From: an uncultured Candidatus Saccharibacteria bacterium
GTDB lineage: Bacteria > Patescibacteriota > Minisyncoccia > Phycocordibacterales > Zambryskibacteraceae
Assembly: GCA_964349945.1 (NCBI GenBank)
Contig: CAYGIH010000001.1
Span: 169,218 to 233,217 of the forward strand
DNA length: 64,000 nucleotides
Direction: 5' to 3'
The translations under genes and the position numbers were made by a program. Shown piece by piece: positions 9,950 to 19,473 of the stretch; the first letter of the stretch is position 1, and each line of letters opens with the position of its first letter. The notes under the pieces were generated by a model. That model was not told the DNA's origin. It did no database searches and saw nothing but the letters and a program-made list of their open reading frames with translations.

Positions 9950-10840
9950 ATGGCCCACACTTCAGTTCTTTTACATGAATCAGTAGAAAGTCTAGACCTT
10001 AAAGAAGGAGAAATCTTTCTTGATGGCACACTTGGTGCAGGTGGCCACTCGGCCCTTGTAGCACAAACCTTTGGAGATGAAATAGAGATTATAGGTCTTG
10101 ATAGAGATGGAGAAGCTATAAAACGTAGTGAGGAGAGATTGCGGACTCTTACCACTAATGCATACTTACGCAACGAAAGCTTTAGAAATCTCGACCAAGT
10201 TTTGTTTTCTCTGGGGATCTCAGGTGTTGATGCAATTCTCTTCGACCTTGGCATTTCGTCCGATCAGCTCGATGCCTTGGGGAGAGGATTCTCATTCCAA
10301 AGAGATGAGCCACTCGATATGTCAATGTCTGGGAATAATAAAGAGTTTAATGCAAAGGTTATTCTAAACACTTTTGATGAAGATGCATTGGAGCTAATTC
10401 TCCGAGGTTTTGGGGAAGAAAAGTTTTCAAGGAAAATCGCACGAGAGATTGTGTCTAAACGTGAGATAAAGCCATTTGAAACTACGTTTGAATTGGTAGA
10501 AGCGGTGCGCGCTGCCACGCCAACCGCCTATCATCGCGGAAAACTCCACCCTGCGACACGTACGTTTCAAGCTTTGCGCATTGCAACAAATGAAGAATTA
10601 ACAGCATTAGAAGAAGGATTAGAAAAAGGATTTGAACACTTGAACATTGGAGGAAGGTTCGCTGTGATTTCGTTCCATAGCCTCGAGGACAGAATAGTAA
10701 AACATTTCTTCAAAAAAGTTGTGGATGAGAATAGAGCCAAGATGATTACTAGAAAACCAATTATCCCTACTGATTCTGAGATAAAAGAAAATCCACGTTC
10801 AAGAAGTGCCAAATTAAGAGTGATAGAAAAAAATATTTAA
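9950..10840 (+). CDS. rsmH: 16S rRNA m4C1402 methyltransferase RsmH (MraW)
   Basis: HTSVLLHESVESL...DGTLGAGGHS, a SAM-binding motif. Confidence 0.9.
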   Translation: MAHTSVLLHESVESLDLKEGEIFLDGTLGAGGHSALVAQTFGDEIEIIGLDRDGEAIKRSEERLRTLTTNAYLRNESFRNLDQVLFSLGISGVDAILFDLGISSDQLDALGRGFSFQRDEPLDMSMSGNNKEFNAKVILNTFDEDALELILRGFGEEKFSRKIAREIVSKREIKPFETTFELVEAVRAATPTAYHRGKLHPATRTFQALRIATNEELTALEEGLEKGFEHLNIGGRFAVISFHSLEDRIVKHFFKKVVDENRAKMITRKPIIPTDSEIKENPRSRSAKLRVIEKNI

Positions 10841-10845
10841 TAAGA

Positions 10846-11184
10846 ATGTACATTACAAAAGCAATTTCATACGATACCCGAGTCAGAGTCTTTTGGACAA
10901 TGATAATTCTAGCTACTTTATCGTTGTTTATATATATGTTTGCAGTTAGAGCAACAATAAAGAATACTGCGATTAGGCAGAACTTAGAGAATGAAGTAGC
11001 TATTATTTCTACTCAACTTGGAGATTTGGAATTTTCATATATTGCATTGAAAAATAAGATTTCTTTGGATTTAGCCTACGAAAGAGGATTTAAAAATGTT
11101 TCTTCAGCTCAATATATATCCAGAGGAGTGTCTAGATCTCTGACTATGAATGTTACCTCTCCATCTGGCACAATAAATAGATAA
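10846..11184 (+). CDS. ftsL: FtsL-like cell-division protein
   Basis: A small single-TM protein lying between rsmH and ftsI. Confidence 0.45.
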   Translation: MYITKAISYDTRVRVFWTMIILATLSLFIYMFAVRATIKNTAIRQNLENEVAIISTQLGDLEFSYIALKNKISLDLAYERGFKNVSSAQYISRGVSRSLTMNVTSPSGTINR

Positions 11185-11186
11185 AT

Positions 11187-12929
11187 ATGAAAGAGACTCA
11201 ATCGCGTCTCCGTTTACTTTCTATAGGCGTGATGTTTATTGCCCTTGTACTCATAGGCAAGCTTTATTATGTACAAATAATTAATGGAGAAACCTATAGG
11301 AACAAAGCAGATCGTCAATATGTGGCCGGAGCGAGCTTCTTTGATAGGGGAGCAATATATTTTAGCTCTAAGGACAATTCGCTTGTTCCTGCCGCTTCTT
11401 TAAAGACTGGATATACTCTGGCTATAAATCCAGTCATTCTTTCAACTATAAACTTAGATAAGGATAATCTTTATGAAAAGATAAACAATATAGTTCCTAT
11501 AGATAAAGATGTATTTCTTGAAAAATTATCAAAGAACAAAGACCCATATGAAGAGCTTGTGAATAGATTACCCGCAGAAATTGCAGACAAAATACAAGCT
11601 CTGAATATCAAAGGCGTTTCTGTGTATAAGGATAAATGGCGTATATATCCAGGGAATTCGATGTCAGCCCATACAATTGGATTTATAAGTTATAAGGGCA
11701 GCGATCTCACTGGTAGTTATGGATTAGAGAGATTTTATGAAAACGTATTGAAGCGCAGTGGTGATGACGCCTTTGTGAATTTTTTTGCTGAAGTTTTCTC
11801 AAATATAAAGAAAAGTGTCACTCCTGGAGAAAGTTTGGAAGGGGACATAGTGACTACTATAGAGCCAACAGTTGAAGCTTTTCTTGAATCAGAAATGAAA
11901 AAGGTTAATGAGACATATGGTTCAGAGTTTACAGGTGGGATAGTGATAAATCCAAAAACAGGAGAAATTTATGCCATAGGTATGGATCCAACCTTCGATT
12001 TAAATAATTTTTCAAAGGAAAAAAATGCTCAAATCTATAGAAACAAATTTGTGGAGGATAGATACGAAATGGGTTCAATTATAAAAGCTTTAACTATGGC
12101 TGCGGGGTTGGATTCTGGGGCTATCACAGCGAAAACAAAATACAATGATCCTGGATGTATGACTCTAAATAAAAAGACATTTTGTAATTATGATCAGAAA
12201 TCACATGGTTCAAATATTCCGATGCAAATTGTTTTGGACAAATCCCTCAACACGGGGGCAGCGTTTATAGTCCAAAGAATGGGCAATAAAAGCTTTACTG
12301 ATTATATGTATAAATTTGGTTTAGGGAGTACTACTGGTATAGATTTACCCAACGAAGGGCATTCATTGGTCTCAAATCTAAATTCTTCGAGAGATTTGGA
12401 GCATGCACAAGCTTCGTTTGGTCAGGGTATTGCTCTTACTCCTATTCAAACTGTGCGAGCTCTCTCTGTTTTAGCCAATGGTGGGACACTCATTACTCCA
12501 CATTTAGTCAAACAAATCGATTATAAAATTGGGACGAAGAAAAAGATTTCATTCTCAGAAGGACCAAGAGTTATTTCACCTCAAACTTCGGAGGAAATTA
12601 GCCGAATGCTTACTGAGGTTGTAGATGTATCTCTGCGTAATGGTCAAGTGAAGTTACCGAATTATAGTGTGGCAGCTAAGACCGGTACGGCTCAAATCGC
12701 AACGTCTGGTGGGTATTATACTGATAGATATCTGCATTCCTTCTTTGGATATTTCCCATCATATGATCCGAAATTCTTAGTTTTCCTTTATACATACTAT
12801 CCAAAGAATGTTCAATATGCTTCAGAAACTCTCACTGATGCCTTTATAGATGTGGTAAAATTCCTAATAAACTATTATGAAGTTCAACCGGATAGAGAAG
12901 CACCACCCCCACCCACAGTCAAGTTATGA
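11187..12929 (+). CDS. ftsI: penicillin-binding protein 3 / FtsI (divisome transpeptidase)
   Basis: An N-terminal TM, an SxxK motif (GSIIKAL), SxN-like and KTGTA motifs. Located in the dcw position. Confidence 0.8.
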   Translation: MKETQSRLRLLSIGVMFIALVLIGKLYYVQIINGETYRNKADRQYVAGASFFDRGAIYFSSKDNSLVPAASLKTGYTLAINPVILSTINLDKDNLYEKINNIVPIDKDVFLEKLSKNKDPYEELVNRLPAEIADKIQALNIKGVSVYKDKWRIYPGNSMSAHTIGFISYKGSDLTGSYGLERFYENVLKRSGDDAFVNFFAEVFSNIKKSVTPGESLEGDIVTTIEPTVEAFLESEMKKVNETYGSEFTGGIVINPKTGEIYAIGMDPTFDLNNFSKEKNAQIYRNKFVEDRYEMGSIIKALTMAAGLDSGAITAKTKYNDPGCMTLNKKTFCNYDQKSHGSNIPMQIVLDKSLNTGAAFIVQRMGNKSFTDYMYKFGLGSTTGIDLPNEGHSLVSNLNSSRDLEHAQASFGQGIALTPIQTVRALSVLANGGTLITPHLVKQIDYKIGTKKKISFSEGPRVISPQTSEEISRMLTEVVDVSLRNGQVKLPNYSVAAKTGTAQIATSGGYYTDRYLHSFFGYFPSYDPKFLVFLYTYYPKNVQYASETLTDAFIDVVKFLINYYEVQPDREAPPPPTVKL

Positions 12930-13933
12930 TAATTAAACAATTCAATCGTGCTATATACTTTCTTCTTGAAAAAGAGGCAAGGTTGGTCCTGAATAAATAT
13001 AAACCTAAAGTAATATCAGTTGTTGGTTCTGATTTTACTACAAATACAGGCCACGCCCTGTTTACTGCTTTGTCCAAATTTTATTTTGTTAGACCTGCTG
13101 GAAAAAATGTTTCTTTAAATATATTAGGGTTTCAAGACGGTGAAAAAACTTTGTGGGAGTGGGTGTTGGTCTTCATAGAAGGGTTGGCTCTCATAATATT
13201 ACCTAATCATTATCCTGAATTCATTATAGTTGAATCAAAATTTGAAGGAGCGGATTATATAGTCCATGTAGATGAAATGAGTAAATTAAAGACAAAAGAT
13301 TATGAAATTATTTATGATGAACAAAAACTACCTAAAGGTATAACTTTCAAGATTATTAATAATGATCAAGAATTCACTGTTTTGCTTGATGACACAATAG
13401 GGAGATCTCAAATGGAACCAGTATTAAAAGCTTTTGATTTGTGCACTGTTTTGGGCCAAAATCTGTCTATTTTGTCCAAGGCCTTTAATGATCTCCATGA
13501 ACCAAAAAAGGGTTATATGAAGCTCACAAAGGGTATTAAAGGAAGTGTGATAATAGATGATTCTTTGGATGCCTCTATAGAGCTAATTGTTGAAGGAGTT
13601 AGAGATTTGAAGAGCGTGAATATATCCAAAAGAAGAATAGCTGTTATTGGAGACATTTTGGAACTAGAGAAAAATTCTATTAAGGCACACAAACGCATTG
13701 GTCAAGAAATAGATGAGAAAATAGAAATGCTTGTGACTGTGGGTATTAGGGCAAGGCACATTGCTGAAGAAGCTCTTAATAATGGGTATACAGAATCAAA
13801 TGTCTTTCAGTTTGATGAGGCGGGGGAAGCAGGGGGTTTTATCCAAAATTTAATAAAAGCAGGAGATGTGATTTATGTTAGTGGTTCGAATGATATGCAT
13901 ATGGAAAAAGTGGTGGAGGAGATTAAGTTGTGA
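12926..13933 (+). CDS. Mur-ligase-like protein (MurF/MurE C-terminal region) with a degenerate P-loop, N-terminally truncated
   Basis: IIDDSLDAS and VIGDILELEKNSIKAHKRIG resemble the MurF C-terminal domain. The position where GTNGKT belongs reads GSDFTTNT, with no lysine. The protein is only 335 aa. Confidence 0.55.
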   Translation: MIIKQFNRAIYFLLEKEARLVLNKYKPKVISVVGSDFTTNTGHALFTALSKFYFVRPAGKNVSLNILGFQDGEKTLWEWVLVFIEGLALIILPNHYPEFIIVESKFEGADYIVHVDEMSKLKTKDYEIIYDEQKLPKGITFKIINNDQEFTVLLDDTIGRSQMEPVLKAFDLCTVLGQNLSILSKAFNDLHEPKKGYMKLTKGIKGSVIIDDSLDASIELIVEGVRDLKSVNISKRRIAVIGDILELEKNSIKAHKRIGQEIDEKIEMLVTVGIRARHIAEEALNNGYTESNVFQFDEAGEAGGFIQNLIKAGDVIYVSGSNDMHMEKVVEEIKL

Positions 13934-14002
13934 CCCTACAGAGAATCGAACTCTGATTTGATCCTTGAGAAGGATCCGTCCTAACCGTTAGACGATAGGG
14001 CC
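13931..14002 (-). tRNA. tRNA-Glu (anticodon CUC)
   Basis: A manual cloverleaf was drawn from the reverse complement. The acceptor is GGCCCTA/TAGGGTC with one G-U pair. The D-stem is GTCT/GGAC. The anticodon stem is GATCC/GGATC with loop TTCTCAA. The T-arm is CAGAG-TTCGATT-CTCTG. The discriminator is A and no CCA is encoded. Confidence 0.75.
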
Positions 14003-14044
14003 TAGAAGGCCAGAATAGCTCGAATTAGGCCATTTTTCAAGAGA

Positions 14045-14812
14045 TTAGTTTCTTTTGAATGTCATATATAGAATGAAAAATAGTATAGCTGTACAAACCC
14101 AAATCCATTTGCGAATCAGAAAAGCTAAAATATCCATACATAAATTATAAAAAGAAAATCCCTCAGTATTTGTTGAAGGAGCAATGGCCTTTGTACTAGT
14201 TCCAAGTATCACTCCTTGTTTTGGTATTTGGCTTGAGATTTGATTTTTAGCTGTCTTTTCAAATGGAGTTTTCATACTTTCAACAGTAGAAGCTAGATTT
14301 GAAGCATATTTATCAATTGTGTTTACTACATTATTGGCTATGTCAGTAGCTTTATCTATAATCACTTCATTAGTGATTTCATATTTTACATTCAAACCCT
14401 TCTTTTCACTTTCTAGTGCTTGCAGACTATTCATAGATATTGAGATATCAGAACTACTATGTACTTCCAGTATTTTTACTTGCACAGAATGATTTCCAGA
14501 GACCGCAGTATATGGTGACTCTAATTTAACAAGACTTTTTGGACTGCTAGTAAACTTAATCTTATTTATTTCCAAATCATCTACATAAAATCCAGCCGTG
14601 CCAGATAGGTTAATAGTGGAATGGTTTTGAAATCCAGCATAAATGTTTATTGTATCTTTTTTATTAATAGTTGTTGTAGAATACCAAACATTTGAAAGTA
14701 TGCTTGCATTGAGAAGAATGTTTGAGGAAGGGGTCTGGGCAGATACGATTGAATAGAATCCAAAAAACAACACCCAAAATAAAACGATAACGGAAACAAC
14801 TCTATTCTGCAT
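14045..14812 (-). CDS. secreted Ser/Thr/Asn-rich protein with a C-terminal membrane anchor
   Basis: An N-terminal signal/TM (VIVLFWVLFFGFYSIVSA) and a C-terminal hydrophobic segment. Confidence 0.5.
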   Translation of the reverse strand: MQNRVVSVIVLFWVLFFGFYSIVSAQTPSSNILLNASILSNVWYSTTTINKKDTINIYAGFQNHSTINLSGTAGFYVDDLEINKIKFTSSPKSLVKLESPYTAVSGNHSVQVKILEVHSSSDISISMNSLQALESEKKGLNVKYEITNEVIIDKATDIANNVVNTIDKYASNLASTVESMKTPFEKTAKNQISSQIPKQGVILGTSTKAIAPSTNTEGFSFYNLCMDILAFLIRKWIWVCTAILFFILYMTFKRN

Positions 14813-15026
14813 AATTACATTATAGACAGCTTACTGCACTCCTTCAAGCAGAGATAGATGCATGGTGATGAAGTATTATTTAACAAGACTTTAAGGCTAT
14901 TGACACTTAGTGATACTAGGTGTATTGTATTTGTAATACAATGATTAAAAATCCCATCAAAAGGAAATATAGGGGATTAGTTATCTTAGTTGGTGGAATT
15001 ATTTATATAAAAAGAAAATCAAAGAT

Positions 15027-15476
15027 ATGAACCCACATCATGAAGAAATACTTAATTCTATAACTGGAGAATTCCCAACAAAGGTAGAAGAAATAAAAGA
15101 ATTACCAAAAGTAGAGCCCCCAGTCAGTGAGACTTATCTTTTTAGTCTTTGTGAGGGAGATGAGGGAATGATGGAGCTATTTGATGAAATGATTGAATAT
15201 TTTTATAGATATACAAAAGATGTTTGTGTACAAGAAAGTTTGATAAAACAAGATTTACAAGAAAACCTTGAAGAAATAAAATCCAGAGATGCAGCCAGAA
15301 GTGCTTTGCACGACGCCATGATTGATTCAGTCAAGATATTCGTGAGAAACCTCCGTGCAAGGGGTCGAGATGTTTCGTGGGTGGAATCAATTGACAGAAG
15401 AGGAAGAACAGGGTATGCTAACTTAGCTCTTTTGACTACATTCCACGACTTATTGGCCTTAAATAGAGCCAAATAA
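15027..15476 (+). CDS. hypothetical protein of 149 aa
   Basis: The ORF is followed by a second small ORF and a shared terminator. Confidence 0.4.
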   Translation: MNPHHEEILNSITGEFPTKVEEIKELPKVEPPVSETYLFSLCEGDEGMMELFDEMIEYFYRYTKDVCVQESLIKQDLQENLEEIKSRDAARSALHDAMIDSVKIFVRNLRARGRDVSWVESIDRRGRTGYANLALLTTFHDLLALNRAK

Positions 15477-15477
15477 C

Positions 15478-15666
15478 ATGGAGGGTCCAATGAAAGACAG
15501 GGAATCCGCGATCCTCATGTATGCGGCCCTTGGAATAGAAGAAATGAGTGGTGTCTCTCAAACTCGACTTGAAGAAATTCAGACAGAGAAGAGGGAAATC
15601 GAAAGAGAGCTCGGTTTGTCATCGAATGAGATTATCATCGAGGCAAGCAAGCTGACCACGAGGTAA
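15478..15666 (+). CDS. hypothetical small protein of 62 aa
   Basis: The ORF abuts the previous one and is followed by a terminator. Confidence 0.3.
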   Translation: MEGPMKDRESAILMYAALGIEEMSGVSQTRLEEIQTEKREIERELGLSSNEIIIEASKLTTR

Positions 15667-15675
15667 TTCTCGATA

Positions 15676-15708
15676 CTCCCACCGTACTACGGATAGGGAG
15701 TTTTTTTT
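15676..15708 (+). terminator. intrinsic terminator
   Basis: CTCCC-N15-GGGAG followed by TTTTTTTT. Confidence 0.6.
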
Positions 15709-15721
15709 ATTTGGTATTAAA

Positions 15722-15754
15722 TAAAAAAACCGCCAGAGCATAACGCTCTAGCGG
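15722..15754 (-). terminator. intrinsic terminator for the minus-strand gene
   Basis: The reverse complement gives CCGCTAGAGCG-ttat-GCTCTGGCGG followed by TTTTTTT. Confidence 0.55.
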
Positions 15755-16345
15755 TCAGACATGAACAATTCCATCTAAGAAGCCCAACTCGATCGCTTCT
15801 TCTGCGCTCAACTCCTTGTCTCCTTCGATGAATCCCTCGAGTATTGCTCGATCCTTGAAATGGCTTCTCTTGAGAAGAATCTGAATCATTAACTCGCGAT
15901 TAGCCGCTGCCACGGGTTGATATCCTCTGAACCATTTTTGCTGCATTGCCAGATACTCTACTTCATCAGTGTCGTATCTAACAGTAGCAGTGAAATTGAT
16001 TCCCTCTGGGTTGTGAATCTGGAGGATAGCATTTGGGTGAGCCAATCTCATGCTGCATCCTTGTAGTGCCATGAATGCGGCAGATCTGGCGATCTCGTTG
16101 ACATATCCAACAACTCTATTACGCGAACGCGCAAATGAGCTGCAAAGATCAATACCTGAGTTGAAGCTTCCCCCCCCGCTGTCGACAGTCCAAAGAATAT
16201 CACCGTCGGTTTTCTGGAGTTCCTCCAGAGTACCGAGTACTGGCACTGTTCTTAGTTGGGTGATATGCCCGATTGACTGCAGGTGTCGCTCAGGTGGTAT
16301 TTGTCGAACGAGGTCGCGGAAGATTACTTCCGTATCCGTGTTCAT
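15755..16345 (-). CDS. ClpP-like (S14 family) serine peptidase, an orphan in a GC-richer patch
   Basis: GGGSFNSG...IARSAAFMAL (Ser) ...IHNPEG (His) and the C-terminal EEAIELGFLDGIV resemble the ClpP fold. The start is taken at MNTDTEV, which has an AGGA RBS. The ORF extension upstream of it looks non-coding. Confidence 0.6.
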   Translation of the reverse strand: MNTDTEVIFRDLVRQIPPERHLQSIGHITQLRTVPVLGTLEELQKTDGDILWTVDSGGGSFNSGIDLCSSFARSRNRVVGYVNEIARSAAFMALQGCSMRLAHPNAILQIHNPEGINFTATVRYDTDEVEYLAMQQKWFRGYQPVAAANRELMIQILLKRSHFKDRAILEGFIEGDKELSAEEAIELGFLDGIVHV

Positions 16346-16437
16346 AGGTCCTGTTTGTTGAGGGAAAAGTACTTGATTAATTGAGTGTTCTGTAGTACAA
16401 TATATCATGTAATATTTATAAGTCAAGTTAAATAAAC

Positions 16438-16644
16438 ATGGGAAATCAAGAATATAATGCAAAGGCAGAAGCCATAATGACTCCAGAAGAGAAAGCTTTA
16501 AGTCAAGAACGATTTAATGAATTGATGAACAATACATTTGCAGGTGAAATAGTTTATCGCGATGAAAGTGTTCATGTTTTTAAAAGCATTAAAGAGTTAA
16601 CAGATTATCTTGCCACAAAGAACGATCCTGCCAACAGACCATAA
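16438..16644 (+). CDS. hypothetical small protein of 68 aa
   Basis: The ORF has an upstream TTGATT-N17-TACAAT promoter-like sequence and a downstream terminator. Confidence 0.3.
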   Translation: MGNQEYNAKAEAIMTPEEKALSQERFNELMNNTFAGEIVYRDESVHVFKSIKELTDYLATKNDPANRP

Positions 16645-16652
16645 ATAAAATA

Positions 16653-16673
16653 CTCCCCTCGGGGAGTTTTTTA
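16653..16673 (+). terminator. intrinsic terminator
   Basis: CTCCC-ctcg-GGGAG followed by TTTTTT. Confidence 0.55.
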
Positions 16674-16692
16674 TTTGGTATACTATTAATAT

Positions 16693-19443
16693 ATGGTAAA
16701 CGAATCTGGATCTTTTTCTAATCCGCACGAGGAACTCGCATATTTGCGTTCAAAAGTTTTGGAGACTGAGAAACGTTTAGAGCGTTTTGGTGTGGATAAA
16801 TCCAGAGAAGAAATAGTGAAGATTTCTATAGAAGATTATAAGAATGAAGTTTTACCTAATCTCACTCCAGCCAATCATGCTCAAGCTGAAAATCAAGCCA
16901 ATATAGTTGGGAGTTTAGAAGAGCAAAGACAATTAAGTGAGATGATGAAGATGACTGAATCTAAAGGAATGCTGAGTGCACTTGCCACAATAGAAAAGAT
17001 GAAAGGTTGGAAACTTGAGGATGATTTCCATGATTTCCTTGTTGATTTGATAGCCAAAGGTTTACCATTCAAAGGTATAAAAGAAACTGGACCAGAGTAC
17101 AAAGCTCTTCATATGAATTTATATGAAATTGTTTTACCTAAGACAGAGACAACAGAAAAACCGTTTGCAGAAATTATTAAGAGTATGGAGCAGTTGTATG
17201 CAGGTTTTTTGTCTATTGCCAGCGAACAAAAAACAGAAACTGATTATATGGTTTTTGAGATTGCGAATCCGGAAGGTCAAGAGGATGCCAATGTCTTTGT
17301 TTCTGTCCCAACAGATAGAAAGATTTTATTTGAAAAACAAGTTCTTTCTGTTTTTCCTAATGCAAGATTAATATTAAAAGAGAAGGACTATAATATTTTT
17401 AGTACTACTGGTGTATCTCTTGGTTCAAGCCTAAGGTTAAAGGAATCTCCAGCCCTGCCTTTATTAACTTCAGAGTCCTTTGGAGAGGATCCAATGAACA
17501 TGATTCTGAGTGCCTTTTCCAAAATTCCCAAAATTGGTTATGGAGCTGCATTGCAAATCATTTTTAAGCCGAGAGGAAAGTACTATTCTGAAAAGTTTTC
17601 AAAAGCTTTGGATAAAATTAAGAAGGGCGAGAACCCAAAGGATGTGCTCAAGGAAGAATCATTTGCTTCTGAATTTGGAAGTACCTTAAAAGATTTCGTT
17701 TTTTCTTCGAAACCGAAATCCAAAGAAGAGAAAGAAAAGGAAAAGTCTCAGAATGCTCAGATCAACATCCACATTGCAGAAGCGATTCAAAAGAAGTTAG
17801 AGAGCCCCACAGTAGATACAAATATTCGTCTCTTAGCTTCGGCCCAAACTGAAGCAGAGGCCAGGCAGCATTTGGATCAATTCGAATCCGCCTTTAATCA
17901 GTTCGAAAATACAGGCAAGAATCATTTTGTATTTGAACGAATAAAAGTGAATAAAGAAAGTGATTTTTATAGAGCCTTTACCTTTAGATTGTTTAGGGAA
18001 TCAGAAATTATTGCTTTAAATTTAAAAGAGCTTTCAACCATACTGCATTTCCACACTGAAGCTTTAATAGCCAACACCCCACTTACTCAAAATAAGGCCA
18101 AGTCGTCTCCTGCACCACATGGACTCATAAATACAGGTACATTTATTGGGGTAAATAATTATCAAGGACAAGAAACTCCTATTTATATGAGTGCAGAAGA
18201 TAGGTTGAGACATTTATATGTAGTAGGACAGACAGGGACAGGAAAATCTGTATTCTTGAAAAATTTAATTATGGAAGATATACGAAGAGGAGACGGGGTT
18301 TGCTTCATTGACCCACATGGTTCAGATATACAAGATATTCTCGCTCTGATTCCAAAAGAAAGATTACCAGATGTAATTTATTTTGATCCCGCTTATATTG
18401 AGCGACCGATGGCTCTAAATATGCTTGAGTATGATGCACGATATCCAGAACAAAAAACTGCGGTAGTGAATGAACTTTTAGGTATTTTTAATAAATTATT
18501 CGACATGAAAACTGCCGGCGGTCCGATGTTTGAATTGTATTTTAGAAATGCAGTACTACTCACCATAGATGATCCGAATGCTGGTGCGAGTCTGGTTGAC
18601 GTGTCGAGGATATTTTCCAACAAGGAATACAGAGATCAAAAAATTGCCACATGTAAGAACCCTCTAGTAGTTGAATTTTGGAAGGAAACAGCTCAAAAGG
18701 CTGGTGGGGAAGGAAAGTTAGAAAACATGGTTCCTTATATTGTCTCAAAATTTGATAACTTCCTTTCAAACGACATCATGCGTCCAGTCATTGCTCAATC
18801 CAAATCAAGCTTTAACTTTAGAGAAGTGATGGACAACAAAAAGATTCTTTTGGTTAATCTTTCTAAGGGTCGACTAGGGGAACTAAATGCAAACCTTATT
18901 GGGTTAATTCTTGTGGGTAAGATACTCATGGCCGCGCTTTCAAGAGCGGATAGTCACGGTGTGAATTTTCCTCCATTCTATTTGTATATAGATGAATTCC
19001 AAAATGTCACCAGTGACTCCATAGCATCTATTCTTTCTGAAGCTCGCAAGTATAAGTTATCTCTAAATGTGGCTCATCAATTTATAAAACAATTAAAAGA
19101 TGAAATACGTGATGCGGTGTTTGGAAACGTAGGTTCGATGGCTATCTTTAGAGTGGGTTCAGAAGATGCTGAATTTCTAGAAAAACAATTGTCTCCAGTT
19201 TTTTCTGCTATGGATATTCAAAATATAGACAACCTAAATGCTTATGTGAAGATATTGTCGAATGGTATTCCTCAAATTCCTTTTAATATTAGTATTACTT
19301 ATCCTCCTCGAACAGAAGAAGGTAAACAAAACGCAGAGATACTCAAGCAGATGTCATATCTGAAATATGGAGGCGACAGAGCAGAAATCGAAGAAGCTAT
19401 AAGGAAGAAGTTCGAAAAACCACCTAAGCCTGAAATAATATAG
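16693..19443 (+). CDS. large P-loop NTPase of the FtsK/HerA/VirD4-TraG type (type-IV-coupling-protein-like); the 916-aa protein has a roughly 480-aa soluble coiled/charged N-terminal region
   Basis: A Walker A (GQTGTGKS) followed by FIDPHGSD, which is like the DPKGE motif of TraG/VirD4. A Walker B (YLYIDEFQNV) and EARKYKLSLNVAHQ. No N-terminal TM helices. Confidence 0.55.
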   Translation: MVNESGSFSNPHEELAYLRSKVLETEKRLERFGVDKSREEIVKISIEDYKNEVLPNLTPANHAQAENQANIVGSLEEQRQLSEMMKMTESKGMLSALATIEKMKGWKLEDDFHDFLVDLIAKGLPFKGIKETGPEYKALHMNLYEIVLPKTETTEKPFAEIIKSMEQLYAGFLSIASEQKTETDYMVFEIANPEGQEDANVFVSVPTDRKILFEKQVLSVFPNARLILKEKDYNIFSTTGVSLGSSLRLKESPALPLLTSESFGEDPMNMILSAFSKIPKIGYGAALQIIFKPRGKYYSEKFSKALDKIKKGENPKDVLKEESFASEFGSTLKDFVFSSKPKSKEEKEKEKSQNAQINIHIAEAIQKKLESPTVDTNIRLLASAQTEAEARQHLDQFESAFNQFENTGKNHFVFERIKVNKESDFYRAFTFRLFRESEIIALNLKELSTILHFHTEALIANTPLTQNKAKSSPAPHGLINTGTFIGVNNYQGQETPIYMSAEDRLRHLYVVGQTGTGKSVFLKNLIMEDIRRGDGVCFIDPHGSDIQDILALIPKERLPDVIYFDPAYIERPMALNMLEYDARYPEQKTAVVNELLGIFNKLFDMKTAGGPMFELYFRNAVLLTIDDPNAGASLVDVSRIFSNKEYRDQKIATCKNPLVVEFWKETAQKAGGEGKLENMVPYIVSKFDNFLSNDIMRPVIAQSKSSFNFREVMDNKKILLVNLSKGRLGELNANLIGLILVGKILMAALSRADSHGVNFPPFYLYIDEFQNVTSDSIASILSEARKYKLSLNVAHQFIKQLKDEIRDAVFGNVGSMAIFRVGSEDAEFLEKQLSPVFSAMDIQNIDNLNAYVKILSNGIPQIPFNISITYPPRTEEGKQNAEILKQMSYLKYGGDRAEIEEAIRKKFEKPPKPEII

Positions 19444-19467
19444 AAAAAAGGTAGTCAGTTGACTACC
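19444..19467 (-). terminator. hairpin with a U-run on the minus strand; terminator for the gene at 19474..19905
   Basis: The palindrome GGTAGTCA-gt-TGACTACC is flanked by AAAAAA on the plus strand. Confidence 0.5.
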
Positions 19468-19473
19468 TTCATG

